A stretch of DNA of 64,000 nucleotides from Dimargaris cristalligena (lineage: Eukaryota), in assembly GCA_003614675.1 (NCBI GenBank), contig ML002221.1:1-64000 (forward strand), read 5' to 3'. The position numbers and the translations under genes are program-made. How positions within the stretch are numbered: position 1 is the stretch's first letter; each line of letters starts with the position of its first letter. Below the pieces are notes generated by a model. It did not search any database. It worked only from the letters and a program-made list of their open reading frames with translations, and was not told the DNA's origin. Positions 9,995 to 22,400 of this stretch are shown piece after piece.

Positions 9995-11353
9995 TATTGA
10001 TGCTGGGAGTGGAGGTGAGGGAAATATGTAGTAGCTATATCGAATAAATAGGTGGCTAAAAAGATGATATATATATCGAAATGATAGAGAGAAAGCATAA
10101 TTGATACCAGAGTAGGGTGTAGGGTATATATATATATATATATGTACATATAGCCGAAAGAGTGACCGTCCACGACTCGGAAAATGCAATGGTGCTGGGT
10201 AACCATGCATATAGCCACCACGCCTATCCTAGGCAAGTTCATGGTTTATATTGGCCGGAAGTTTTTATTTTCGCGACTTCATAATAGCGGGGTGTTCTTG
10301 CTGTCAAGTACATTCTACATTGACGCTACTTTGGCTGCAGTACGGGACTCTAGGCTTTTTCATTGCTCACACTACCTCCTTCAATATAGCAGCTATATGA
10401 ATTCGAGAATCATTAGTGCTGCTTAGATTTGAGCATGAACATAGGTTCAATTACTGGATTTCTCTGCCACTGGTCAACCCAGTCGCTGCCTGCCTGACTA
10501 ATAAAGTATCTTCCGAATGGATGCACAGCAGTTTAATAGCCAACCTTCGGTAATGAAAATATACATAATAAAAAAAGTACACCCATGAATATTCCTGATG
10601 TCTCTTCCTGGAGCCTAGCTTTTCGCGAAGTTCCTAGATTCATTGTCTGCTGTAGCTCGGTCGATTTTATTTTATTATCGCAGGCCAGGTGGCAGCTATT
10701 ACCTAATGGGCCTTAGGATATTGGCCCTTCCTATTTCCTGACCATTGGGCACTTGGGTTCGGGATTTTTCGAGACCACCGGAATCTAGACATCGGACGAT
10801 TAGCGGCAGATCTACTCGCCAAAATGCCCTTTGAATTTTAGACTACCAAATGTATGATTTATCCAAGGTTGTACCAATTAGCATGCCCAACGGCGAATCT
10901 GGTGGTTTTTTATGCTAAATCCACGAAACAGCCTAGGTGGTGTATACTCCAGAGTGCTACTCCGAGGGCCATACAAGTTTTTCTAACTTCGTCGAATGAC
11001 TACGCTCTACCAGCCATAACCTTCGTTGGGGTTATTATCCAGAACAGGTATTAGGTCAAAATATTGGATATCACTCAGACTCTCCTGCAAACTCGTAAAT
11101 TCAAATAGTCAAAATATGCAGCACCGATAGCTGCAAAGGTCACAGTGTTAGATCAACAACTTCTTCACCGTATGCCACCATTCCCCTCCCTTCTAGCCAG
11201 AGAGTTCCCCGATTTAAAAGAAACCAAGATGGGTGTATTTAATGACGCGGTAATTAATGAATCCAAAAGCTTGTTGGTACCATCCAAGTGGTCCTGACGC
11301 TAAATAAAGGCAGATAATCCAAATAAAGAGCAGCCGCCTGAGAATATGTAGGT

Positions 11354-13200
11354 CTATTTGGATTTGAATCGCTTGGTTTTCGGCTTTCGGCTGGGACCGG
11401 CCGATGCTGGGGCCGACTCCCGCTTCGATTGACCCCCGGTCTTTTGAATTGACCGCAGGGCAGCTGAGTTGGCAAAATCGTTGAGATTCTGTGGTTAGAA
11501 GGGAAATCGATTATCAAGGTACGATTTTGGTTTTAAACGAAAATAATAATAATAAAGTTAGTAAGTGAGGATATTAGATCGGTAAATGCAAACGAGGTCG
11601 GATGGAAAATTAAACAATGTATGGTCTGACTCTAAATTACCCTGATCCTCGGCACTTTAGTAATGCGTGTGGTAGCAGAGTAGACAGATGAAGGAGTACG
11701 AAACCCTCGCAAAGAAGAAACCAAAAATCGTATAATGGTGGGAGTAGGGGTAGGGGGGGGGGTTACCTACATTAAATTCGTGTTCCAGTTGACGGTACTG
11801 GGATTTCTTGGCCTCAATCCGATCCTTACGCGTAAGCTGCAACCGCGTGAAGTTGTCCTCTTCATAAGTGGTACGTTCCTTGAGTTTGCGCAGGTAGCCT
11901 TCGGACCCACCCAGGCCGGAATTACCGTGCACTTCCTCCCGTTCCGGTCGATCATCCAGATCGGCCATAATTTCCCGTACGATGCTGGACTGCTGGGCCT
12001 TACGCTGCAGGTGCTCTTCGTAACGCTTACGCTTGGCGGTGGCTCGGGGATCTTCTTCAAAGTGAGTGGGGGCGACCCGTGGGGGCTGGTAAACTTGAGA
12101 CTTGCCCGTAACGCGAGAAGCACCTGAAATGTTGGTTAAGCAAAGAAAATAAAATAGGGGAGTTGGTCCGCCAAGGTAATGTATAAGCCGAAAGAATAAT
12201 GAGTAAGTTTAAACGATGCCAGGTTGGTAAAATTTCCTCTATCCGATACTAGTAACTATGGGCATCATGGCCAGCGGTACAAAAACCCCTAGAAAAGTCG
12301 GTTTACAAACAGGTAGTTGGTGCCACTTACTATTGTTGATTTTCTCGGAAATGGCCTGCATGCCGCTGAGGTTAGGTTTGAACTGTAACGGATCCGCTTC
12401 TGTAATATGGGTAAACAAATAGAGGTTGGATAGATTTGGAGTGAGTAAACTCAAGGTCAACAAGTCCGGTGGCCGATGACCAAGAATAACATCACTTTCC
12501 ATCAGAATTAAATTCAGTGTGGGCTATATAAATAGAGCTAATCCAGAAAAATAATAGACAAATCGACTTACCTTCGATGGCCTTTTGGGATTTCTCGTAA
12601 GCCTGCTCGGGGTGCTCCAAGGAGGCGGCCCGAAGAAGCTTGTCGACCTGGTATTTGATTTTAACCTCGAGCGGCCGGATTTTTTCGAGATAGACGCGAT
12701 CTTCAATCAACTTATCGATGACGGGGTGGTTGACAATCGACTCCCCCTGTAATTTGCGATGCATAATATAGACCACATTGGTCAGGTATTCCAAAAGCAG
12801 ATGGTATTTAACTTCGAGCAGACTGATTCCCTCTGAGGTATCGGACTGGTCCGGGTTGTCGTGGATCCTGTGGGTGGGGGGGATTATGGTTGAATATGGA
12901 AATGTAGGGTTTGAAGTGATTAGAAGGGCTCGGATCAATATAGGCTTATGGAATGTGCTTTATCTAACTATGTAGGTCAGAAATCATTGGAGCATATCTC
13001 CGTAGACTAAATGGAGCTATTAAAAGGACCTCCAAAGGACTGGATTGGCTACTAGGAATGTATATGTATATTTTTAGGCTATTGAAAAAAAAAACAGCAG
13101 GGGCCACTTACTCGGCACTTAGTTTGGTGACGTGGTTTTGGACGGCCTCGAGCTGAGCAAGCATGCCCTCGAGCCGTGGAGTAACGGCGGTACTATCCAT
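11354..13200 (-). CDS. LCP5: Lcp5/neuroguidin, U3 snoRNP (SSU processome) protein of the Sas10/Utp3/C1D family; 5 exons, 313 aa
   Basis: Exons 13200-13112, 12867-12572, 12399-12331, 12123-11771 and 11488-11354 with GT-AG introns splice in frame (942 nt). Motifs GISLLEVKYHLLLEYL, RVYLEKIRPLEVKIKYQVDKLLR, FKPN, VYQPPRVAP, YEEDNFTRL. Confidence 0.92.
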
Positions 13201-13972
13201 GGTGACTAAACCGGATATGAAGGATATTATGAGAGACACCGACGACTAATGCGAAGTAGACTGGCGAAGGCGAATAAGGTATCTAATAGGACTAGGGAAA
13301 ATAGTAACAGGGTGATTAATGGAAGGGTCAATGAGTAAGTTGAAGGCCGAGAATGCGAATGGGAAAGTGGTTGTCAAGTATCCGCTTTTTTTTTTTTGGC
13401 CCAAGGATATATTTAATATACCGCTGGTAAGAGGTTAATGGGGTTTTCTTCATCCTGGTGGGTCTGCAAAGCCCTCTGGAATCAAGTAGAGAATGGATAA
13501 AAAGGGAGGATCCCGGATAGGTCACGTGATCGATTACCTTGCCACCAGCGGCCAACGCTAATTATACCAAATCGATTAATGCTGCTGATAAGTGCACCTT
13601 TATCGCACGCACTACTTGTAGTTGCATCACCATGACGATCTTGGTAATGTTATTTTATTATGGAAATGTGACCTTCAAGCCACCCTAGGCCACACGTCAC
13701 AATGTAGTTCCAGATTCATATATATATATATATATATACACCTACTACTGCTTATATCTCTCTCTATAGGCCCAGCCCTCCGTCTCTATTATGAAACGCC
13801 CTTCCCATTTTATGTGCCATTTGATGAACTACTGCTTCCGAAACCCGCCCGGTTTCCCTCCACTTTATTAAGTACACTGCCCGATAAAAGTGAGCGCCGT
13901 TGGTCAATAACCTTATCTATACTTCTTCTCTACTCACGTTCCCTTAAGTAACTTACTTACCTGCACACCACT

Positions 13973-15046
13973 ATGGCCCAGTTCTTCCGTGCCGCCTTTT
14001 CCCTCTATTCCTCCAGCGCCCGCAGCCATCCATTACTGACCCTGGCCCTCACCAATGCCACACTATGCGGTGCTTCCGACATCTTCGCCCAGTCCATGGC
14101 CCACCGTTCCTTACGAAAGCAACTCCAGGCCCGCGAACTAGAGACGGCCACTAACCCCAGCCGGACTAGTGGTTCGGATACCACCGTGCCAGTAGTCACT
14201 TCCGAAATTCCGCTCATTGACTTGGACACAGACCTAACGGGTCCTAATGCTCCTTCGACACCAACGTCTTTGGACGCCCCCCTGGGGGATACTACTACTA
14301 CGACTACTACTACCCACCAGGCCGCCGGGACGAGTCCGACCGTCGCGCATACATCCACCCAACACATCGATACCCACCAGCCCCGTCCCGTGCACCTGGC
14401 CCAGCTGCCCAGTTCTTTTACCCTCGACTACCGCCGTCTGGCCAATTTCGCCGCCTTTGGGTTTTGTGTCGCCCCTATTTTGAATCAGTGGTATACCCTA
14501 TTGAATACTCGGTTTCCGGTGGTTACCCCCGTGGCCAAGGCGACGACGGGTACCGCCGCTGCTTCAGTCTTCAATGGTCCCATGGTCAAGGCGGTGCTCA
14601 AACGGGTAGTGACGGACCAGTGTTGCTGGGCGCCCGTCGGTATCGGATTCTTCTTTGTATTCATCTCGATTGCCGAAGGAGGCGGCTTTGAGGGTATTAA
14701 AGAGAAATTCCAGCAGGTAAGTAGTTTTCTGGATTTTACATGTAAAAAAAAAAACATCCCCCTTACTATCACTAAGGTATCCTATGCCCTTGATAATGGA
14801 CTCCAATTCTCACTACTTTCCATTATAAACCCCGAACAATCCTCCCTATAGAATTACCTGCCGGCCCTGACGGCCAACTATAAAGTATGGCCCCTCGTGC
14901 AATTCGTCAACTTCTTCTACGTCCCGTTGGCGCTCCAGGTGCCCTTCGTGAGCTTCGTCTCCCTATTCTGGAACTCCTACCTCAGTTGGCTCAATAGCCA
15001 GCGCGTCGGCCAAACGCCCGACGAGAGCAATGCCCTCGGTGGTTAG
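13973..15046 (+). CDS. Mpv17/PMP22-family membrane protein (Sym1-like); 2 exons, 312 aa
   Basis: Exons 13973-14716 and 14852-15046. Motifs HPLLT..TNA.L...SDIFAQ, DYRRLANF..FG, KRVVTDQ..WAP, NYKVWPLVQFVNFFYVP, WNSYLSWLN. Confidence 0.92.
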
Positions 15047-15744
15047 GATCGAAAACTGGTCGACCGGGACCAAATATTCGATTAATCGGATTCCGATGCA
15101 CCGCCTATGTAGGAACGACCCTCTTGTGTATATAACTGTAGATTTCTCTATTTTAGTATGCGATGGATTGACCATCGCTTGATCCATTTAAGTGTTATGT
15201 AACTGGGTTGCTTGTTTTCCCCTATAACTACTGATAAAGCTAAGATAATATCCGAATGGTAGTTAAATCCGTATCACATAGCAACGCATCCTTTTTATCC
15301 TTACCAATCCCAGTTAACCGGGACTGGTAGTTCTTTTTTTTAAAAAAAAAATAGCCTCTGTTTAATAATAGGGCTGGTCGTTAACCCCAGTCTCAAATAT
15401 ACCAACGGACCACAAGTATTAAGGCAAAGCCAAAATGTGGCGAAAACAGTTCGTAGCACAGTTCTCAGTGAGTGAATAGCCATGAAACAGATTATTAAAT
15501 GCAGCCGTTTAAAGTACCACCTTCTCCCACCCTTTGAATTCAGCTTTTGCATTCCTCTCTTCCTGAGCAATTGACCGCCACTTCGCTTACCCTATTCCAA
15601 TGGCACGAGACCCTTTATTACGTATCTTCCATTGCAACTATTAACTACTGCTGAAGTTCATCTCCATTCGCTTGGCCAACCCTGCCTGCCCGTCTAGTTA
15701 GTTTAGCTCCCTCCCCTCTCCCCCCTACCCCACTTCACACGGCC

Positions 15745-16434
15745 ATGGCCAAGTACAAGAATTCCTTCCGGGCTTCCGCCTGGGACCCCATCATGATTAT
15801 AGCCCAAATCGCCGCCTTCCAGTCGATATCCTACGTTTCCCTGGGTCTCCTCATCACGGCGGCCCAGGTGCTGCTAGGACTCGACAGTTCGCTGGACCAC
15901 GCCCTCCATTACACGTCCCTGCGCAGTGACACCGTGTTCGGGTGGACCCTTGCCGCCATCTGGTTGGTCCAGGCGATCGTGGGCATTCTCCTCCTGGGGT
16001 ACATTGTCGAACGGGTACGTTTATGCGTCGATTTTACCCTCACGTTCTTTGGTATTCACCTCGTTATGGTCAGCGTGTACTCGCACCGCTTGCCCAACTT
16101 CTTCTTCTGGTGGCTGGTTTCATTAGTATATGTGGTGGTGACTATCCTGGGCGGCGAGTGGTTCTGTATGCGCCGGGAAATGCGCCCGATTCAGTTCGGA
16201 TCCTCGGCCGATAATGAACATGATGGTGACCACCACCACCATCACCCCGATGAAATGGTCGATGACGCTAACGATATGCTTATGGTAGGGAGCAATGGCC
16301 ATGGCAATGGAGGCCGGGCCAGTAGCTCGAGCACTTCCGACCAGCGTGGTCGTCACCATTACCTGCCGTTGGTCGAGACGGGGCGCCCTAGCTCTAGCGG
16401 CCGGGGCAACAACGGCAGTTTCCGCGTGGATTAA
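15745..16434 (+). CDS. SYS1: Sys1-family Golgi integral membrane protein (229 aa)
   Basis: FR...WDPIMIIAQI...Q..SY, IVERVRLCVDFTLT, P..FFWW and GEWFCMRREMRPI motifs; four hydrophobic segments. Confidence 0.92.
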   Translation: MAKYKNSFRASAWDPIMIIAQIAAFQSISYVSLGLLITAAQVLLGLDSSLDHALHYTSLRSDTVFGWTLAAIWLVQAIVGILLLGYIVERVRLCVDFTLTFFGIHLVMVSVYSHRLPNFFFWWLVSLVYVVVTILGGEWFCMRREMRPIQFGSSADNEHDGDHHHHHPDEMVDDANDMLMVGSNGHGNGGRASSSSTSDQRGRHHYLPLVETGRPSSSGRGNNGSFRVD

Positions 16435-19400
16435 TGGACCAGTGGTCCTCAATTTCGTATAACCGCATTGCCCTTTCGGTATGATGGCATCCCCGCCTTC
16501 TTGGGACTTCAAGGGCGAGAATGCGTCCTGACTTATTTACACCTGATTTACCCGTTTGACCTATTGCGGGCCAAATCCAGCAATTCCAAAAAAGAAAAAA
16601 GAAACAAAAAAACAACGATGTAATTGTATATTCTTTCCTATAAACGCCATATACTTCACTATGTGCATGAATTTTATGCTCCGACTATGCAAATACCATG
16701 AAAGCGGGCTTTTTGCCGGGGCTGTGAACCCATATGATACAAGGCTGGTCGAGTGGCGTTACCCCAAGATAACTATCGACTACATAAAGGGGGGGTGATA
16801 TCCCCACATTTTGACATTACGGGACTCTGTGCCAGGTGCAATACTAGAGGGCGGTACTAACATGGCGTAGTCTAGGATAGGAATATTTGCCAGTAGCACA
16901 TATTAATAGTGCAGTTTAAATCAACATGGTATTATATATATACGTATGTGTAATATTACTAATCATGTATTAGTAATTGTCCATTGGCATGGCCTGCCAG
17001 GTGAAGGGTTCCTTCTTTGGGGATTTGAAGGCTAACAAGTCCGGATTTCTTAGCAGCACTTGAATATTCTACAGTGGTAAGGATAGGTGTGTGTTTGGTG
17101 GACAGCCGCCTAATTTCATTAAAATTGGGGTTCAGAGTAACATGGGAATGCCGAACATTAAACAGTGTGGGCTATTACTTACCTCCGGAAAAACCAACGT
17201 CCCAGTCCTTATTACAAAAAGATGGGTGACTGGAACGTGGCGCTCGACCTACAGTGGTGCTTGGGAGGGTGGGAATCGAAGCCCTGGTTTGAATTCGACC
17301 GAAGAGTATGTGCAGACGACTGTCACCCGAAGCGAGTGGCATCCCGACGAAGATGTAGAAGTAACCCACTAGGTGGTGTGTGTATATATCGGTCGAGTGG
17401 AATAAAAGGGGATGCGGGATTCATGGGTAGAACAAATGCTAAGATTTTAGAATAGTCAATTTAATAGTAGACCTCGGTACATTTTACTATCCTTGCAATA
17501 CGGATAACTGGGGGGATGTGATTGAAATTCACCAGCTTTACTATTAATACATTGGCCCTAATAAAACAGAACAGTGAAGGGTCACCCCATACGAGTTGAA
17601 ATGGGGCAAAGGAATGCGGAATGATAGTGTCGGTAACGAGAACAGGTTCGGTGTAATATCCATAAATGAACGGCTTAATTACGGGGCATATGTATATGAT
17701 TACCCCGACTTAGTATATGGGTATTCGCTGTATATGTATTTCGGGATATACCAGGCTACGGGACATTGTTGACCTGTAAGGGTTACAGGGAAGCGAAGTT
17801 AACGCAGTAGCTGCAGGCGAGCCTAGAAAAAGTACCGACATTTGACTCGCCGAGAAACTAAATGACGGCAATATAATGTACAGAGGAATCTTCTGACCAG
17901 GCATTGATCGCTTTGTCAAGTGTAATATATATATATATATATATATGACCAGTCTTATATAACGGCGAGTTTAAGCCACCTTTATATTTTAATACAAGGC
18001 TCCGCAGATGGAGTGACTTGGCCCACCTTACCAGCGCGCAGCCAGCACCCTCCGGAGTGATGTTGGGGTACATCAAGACTTTGCATCGAGATTTCCGGTT
18101 GGCAAAGGAGACTGTCGAGTCTTTAATCAGGGCACCAAATCCTTAGCACACTGATTATGCTGGCCGCCGGTTCTTTGGGGCTTAAAGCCATAAGACCTTG
18201 ATATAAGTAAAATCCGCCTAGCCCTGGGGTTGGGGGGATCGCTGGGTTAGTTTAGGATTATAATAAGAAACAACCTCGGAAATGGTGCTTGGGAAGTGGC
18301 CATAGCAGGCTAACGAGACAAATGGGAGAATTCCAGACTATGTCTATACGGACACCTTCATTTTTAGTCAGGTCGTGGTCTAGCAAAAACCAACCCGATA
18401 AGGTGGCGTGGGTTGTAAGCGAAGCACAACCCCCGCAACCATTCATCCGACCCAGGTGGTCTCCCCTAAGGTTTCATGAAGGGTTGGCTGACGGTGCCTT
18501 TCCTCCCGCTCCTGCTCGCCGACAGAAAGCTTGTCGCTGGCTTGGATTCGACCGAAATGAGAAGCTGGTGAAAGGGATATTACAATGGCTTAGTTGGGAG
18601 TGATAATAATCAGTTGACAGCCATTATTGTTAATTGTTCACATTCAGGGTCTGCCATCCCCCCAGGCCATGTTCCCACCATTCTGTTCGGTACCCCACCT
18701 CCCCCGCTTCCCTTGAATGATGTGGAGGCGGTGGTGGTGGCACCCAAAATGGGCAGTCATGGGAACACCGCTTCAACCTCTGGGTTGGATTGAATTGGAT
18801 TGGGGGAGATCCATTGTTTGGGTGGAGGGGCATGATGATTATTCCTGTGAAGCGGGAACCATGATGGAGATGGCTAAATAATAGAAAGCCCCCTTCCTAA
18901 CTATGTATTGCTAAAGTGGCCATCTACTTCCAAGTCTGGCGCGCGCGCGTGTGTGTGTGTGTGTATTGGCTTCCAGCGCCCTCTTCGACCACTCACGGGG
19001 GGCATTTTAGCTTCCTCCAAATCGGCACATTCAACTTCCGCACCGTAAACAAACCACCAGACGAATCAGCGGTCGGGAATCGCTCTGATGGCCAAATCAA
19101 AACAAGCCCAGTATGGTGGGAGAGGGCTTCTCACGCGTCCCAAAAGAACGGCCCCAAAGAACTACCATTGACACTTAGACGCGTTGGGGAGAATTAGACT
19201 GCCTACCTATCTACCTACTTTAATGCTGTAAAAAAGGAGGGGGCTAATCATTGGATCAATCAGCCTATGGCCAATCCAGCGGCTCGCATAATGTAGAAGA
19301 GAGAGAGAGAGAGAGTATCGGCCTTCGGAGAGTCAATGCGAGTAATATACGTCGGCTTAGTTGAGTGGTGAAATTGTAGTGAGGCAGGGTTGTACATCAT

Positions 19401-22400
19401 CCGGCTTCGTCAGTCCATCCATGTAACACTATTTGTTTACCTTTTCACGGTGATTTTAACCTCCGCTTCCAACCCAGCCAGTCCCCTCCAAGAATGAAAA
19501 CGGAGCGCCAATCCTGTTCCTTCACCAGAGCTTCAAAGTATGGAGCCGAATGTCAGAAGCCAAGGGAGTGTATTGGCGGAGCAACCTTACCTTCTTCCAG
19601 CCGAAGCGTACTAACTCCAGCTATGTTCGACCATTAAACCCGTCTGCCCGCAGTGATGTCCGCTACTACTATTGAATCATCATCATTATCAGTAAAACCG
19701 TCACTAAGCCAATATTAATAAACACGGCAATTGATACCGCGGTTCCTTCATCTATTTTTTTGGAAGGGAGACGTAGATGGAGGGTAGACTGTGGATAACA
19801 ATAAGGGAGGGGGGCCCAAGGGGAATGTGGGGCACCTAGGATCAAAGGGAATCCTGAGCCGACCGAGTGTGGCTCCTTCATGAGATTGAATGAAATGAGA
19901 GATGGATGTACCAAGGCATAGTCTACGCGCAGTGAATAGCAAAGTGGAGATGGCAAGGGTGGGGTGTGCGTATGTATCTCTCTCTCTCTCTATGTGTGTA
20001 TCCAGTGGGGTGATTGTCTATGTGTTTAGGGGTCAGAGTTGACGATACACAACCCCGGAGTCAAAAAATAATTAGAGCGGATGTAGTGTGGGGCTGGCAA
20101 ATCGGCTAATTAATATCATTGCCTAGACCGTGTTGACGTTAATATTATAAAATAATAAAAAACACCCTATTGGCCTCAGTGACGACAGCTCCCGTTGAGA
20201 TCTGTGTGTTATAAATAGTTAATGTTGACGCTTAAACCCTATTTTCGCTTTTACTCTTTCGAATTTATCTTATTTCTCTATACTTAAACCTTGATGGATA
20301 TGTTAAATTCAAATAGCTGCTAACACTCCCTTGTTGCATCATTATCACTCTAGTGGCTCTTGTATATTGCTTATTTAGCCCCATTAGTCATTTTAATTTT
20401 GGGGTTGTTTATCCTAGGGTTCACTGGTTTCAACCCTATATCGATTTCCCGGTTTGCCGATTTGGAGAACTGGTTTTTATTAACCCCCCTTCCACTTCAG
20501 GTGCAGTTGCGGAATATTCCCGTGCCCCAGCTCCCCCCAGGTCGACAGGCATTTACATCGCGATCCCACTGGCTCCTCCGCTCAGCCACGCATTTTCCCT
20601 CGCATAAATATAAGCTGGTAAGCCTCATTAAGATTCCAGATGTATTATTATTATGATAATTTAAAACACTATTAGCCGTGGGGACCACTATGCCGGCCTA
20701 CTCTGGCATCAGCTTTTGTACCTTTGGGCCACCTACGCCTGGCTACCCTCTCTTTAGGACTCTCTCTCTCTCTCTCTCTCTCTGGCATTCTCCCCAGCCC
20801 ATTTCTATCACCGATACGGGTTCAGTGGACTGTTCAAGGTTATTGGCGGCGGTGTATGATACCCTGGATTTTAATACTTGTACATGCACGAGTTTTTCGG
20901 TTGATTAAACACGTCGCCGACTCCTGCAGGCGGGGAAATCGGTAGGTGGGGGAAGCGAGCGGGGGAGAGAGGGAGTGGTGTAAGGGGGTGGGGGTGGGGA
21001 TGATGCCGCAACACGAAGTGGACCAGACCTATCGTTGCCAAGGATTAGAGGTGCACTATAAGTCTGGCCGGTATCCCAAAAGACGGAATGGAGGGGGTAA
21101 TGGTTTAAGAGAGGAGAGGAGAGAAAGGAACTCATGACCCGAGGGGTATCCGCCCTGCCGGCTCCGCCATCGCGCTCGTGGTGAATGGCCTCTCCTCCCG
21201 CTGCTTTCCTACCTTGCTTTTTTACCACCCGATGACCTGCTCATATGTACCCCACCATCCCGGCTTAAGGAGAGGGACATGAGGAGAGAGATTGCACAAG
21301 TTACATAACCGGCCAGGCAACCCGGGTTCAGTAATAATGCCACTCCCTCCTCGAGAAAAACACACACATACACACAGCCTCGACCGACTCGCGCACACTA
21401 TGGACGATGGGGTATTCAACTATATTTACCAACTGAGCAGCTCTGCGTGGTCATGCGCCCACAACAATGGCCAGACCCAGCCGAATTGTGCGGTTGTATA
21501 TATACTTGTATATTCGTTGGTCGGAATAGTATCCCCCTCCACTGTCACTCACCTTCATTACCCTGGACTGCCGGATGGAATGGGCATGAGCGGTGATTTA
21601 AAGGATAGTATTATTATTATAATAATAATTCCTTGGAGTAAGAAGTGTGGGGGGTCCTTTTCATTTACCTGCGTCGGACCTGCTGGGCGGAACTACCAGG
21701 TGATGCGAGGGTTTATTCAGTACCTGCTGGCAAAACCCTGGGTGTGTGTGTGTTGTTTTGTTGCGGGGGAGGGGGGAGACTTTCAGGTCCATTTGCCTAA
21801 TCCGGGAGGTGTGGACTTTTTATATTATAGTGCCGGCTTGCTGGGCGCACCCCCCTCTCCCTGTTCAACTTTCTGGCCCATGCGAGCCAGTCTAGGAGGA
21901 GGTTCCTGGCTACGTATATGCGCATTAATGGTGGTGGTGCCAATCCAGCCCTTTATTTGCGTATATGTACTCTCGCAAATATATACGCAGGTAATTGACT
22001 TGAACTTCGTTTCTACTGCTTATCTTGTTCCCGCTGACCCCTTTCTTCCTACATGTCTACTTCTATTTTGTTATTGGTTTTTGCCACCCGACACTGTCCC
22101 TGTTTAGATTCCCCCTCCGCCCTTTGTCAACAACACCTGCCGTCGCGACCCGCACGGCTTCCGATATAAATCTCCGGTTGTTTTTTGACAGTCCCCCGGA
22201 CTACCCGCCCAAACCCTCCCCACCGTCCTATAGCGCACCCATTGCTTTATTCTCACTCTCGCGTGCTGAAACACCGCTTTTTCATTCCCAGGTCCACCAA
22301 ATTCATCGGCTCTGCGTCTAATCATACCGGCATTTCCCCCATCCGCTCTCAACTGTGCTCACGCCGCTGCGCTCCGCGGAGTAACATATTAATCACCGGG

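Noticed and set aside
9995..10210. 72-aa N-terminal extension of the LRR ORF
   Set aside because: It runs through a (TA)n tract and pyrimidine-rich leader (YIYIYI); most likely promoter/5' UTR.
21292..22107. 271-aa plus-strand ORF
   Set aside because: TTG start, crosses several microsatellites (HTHTH, IIIIII, VCVC), no domain; probably spurious.
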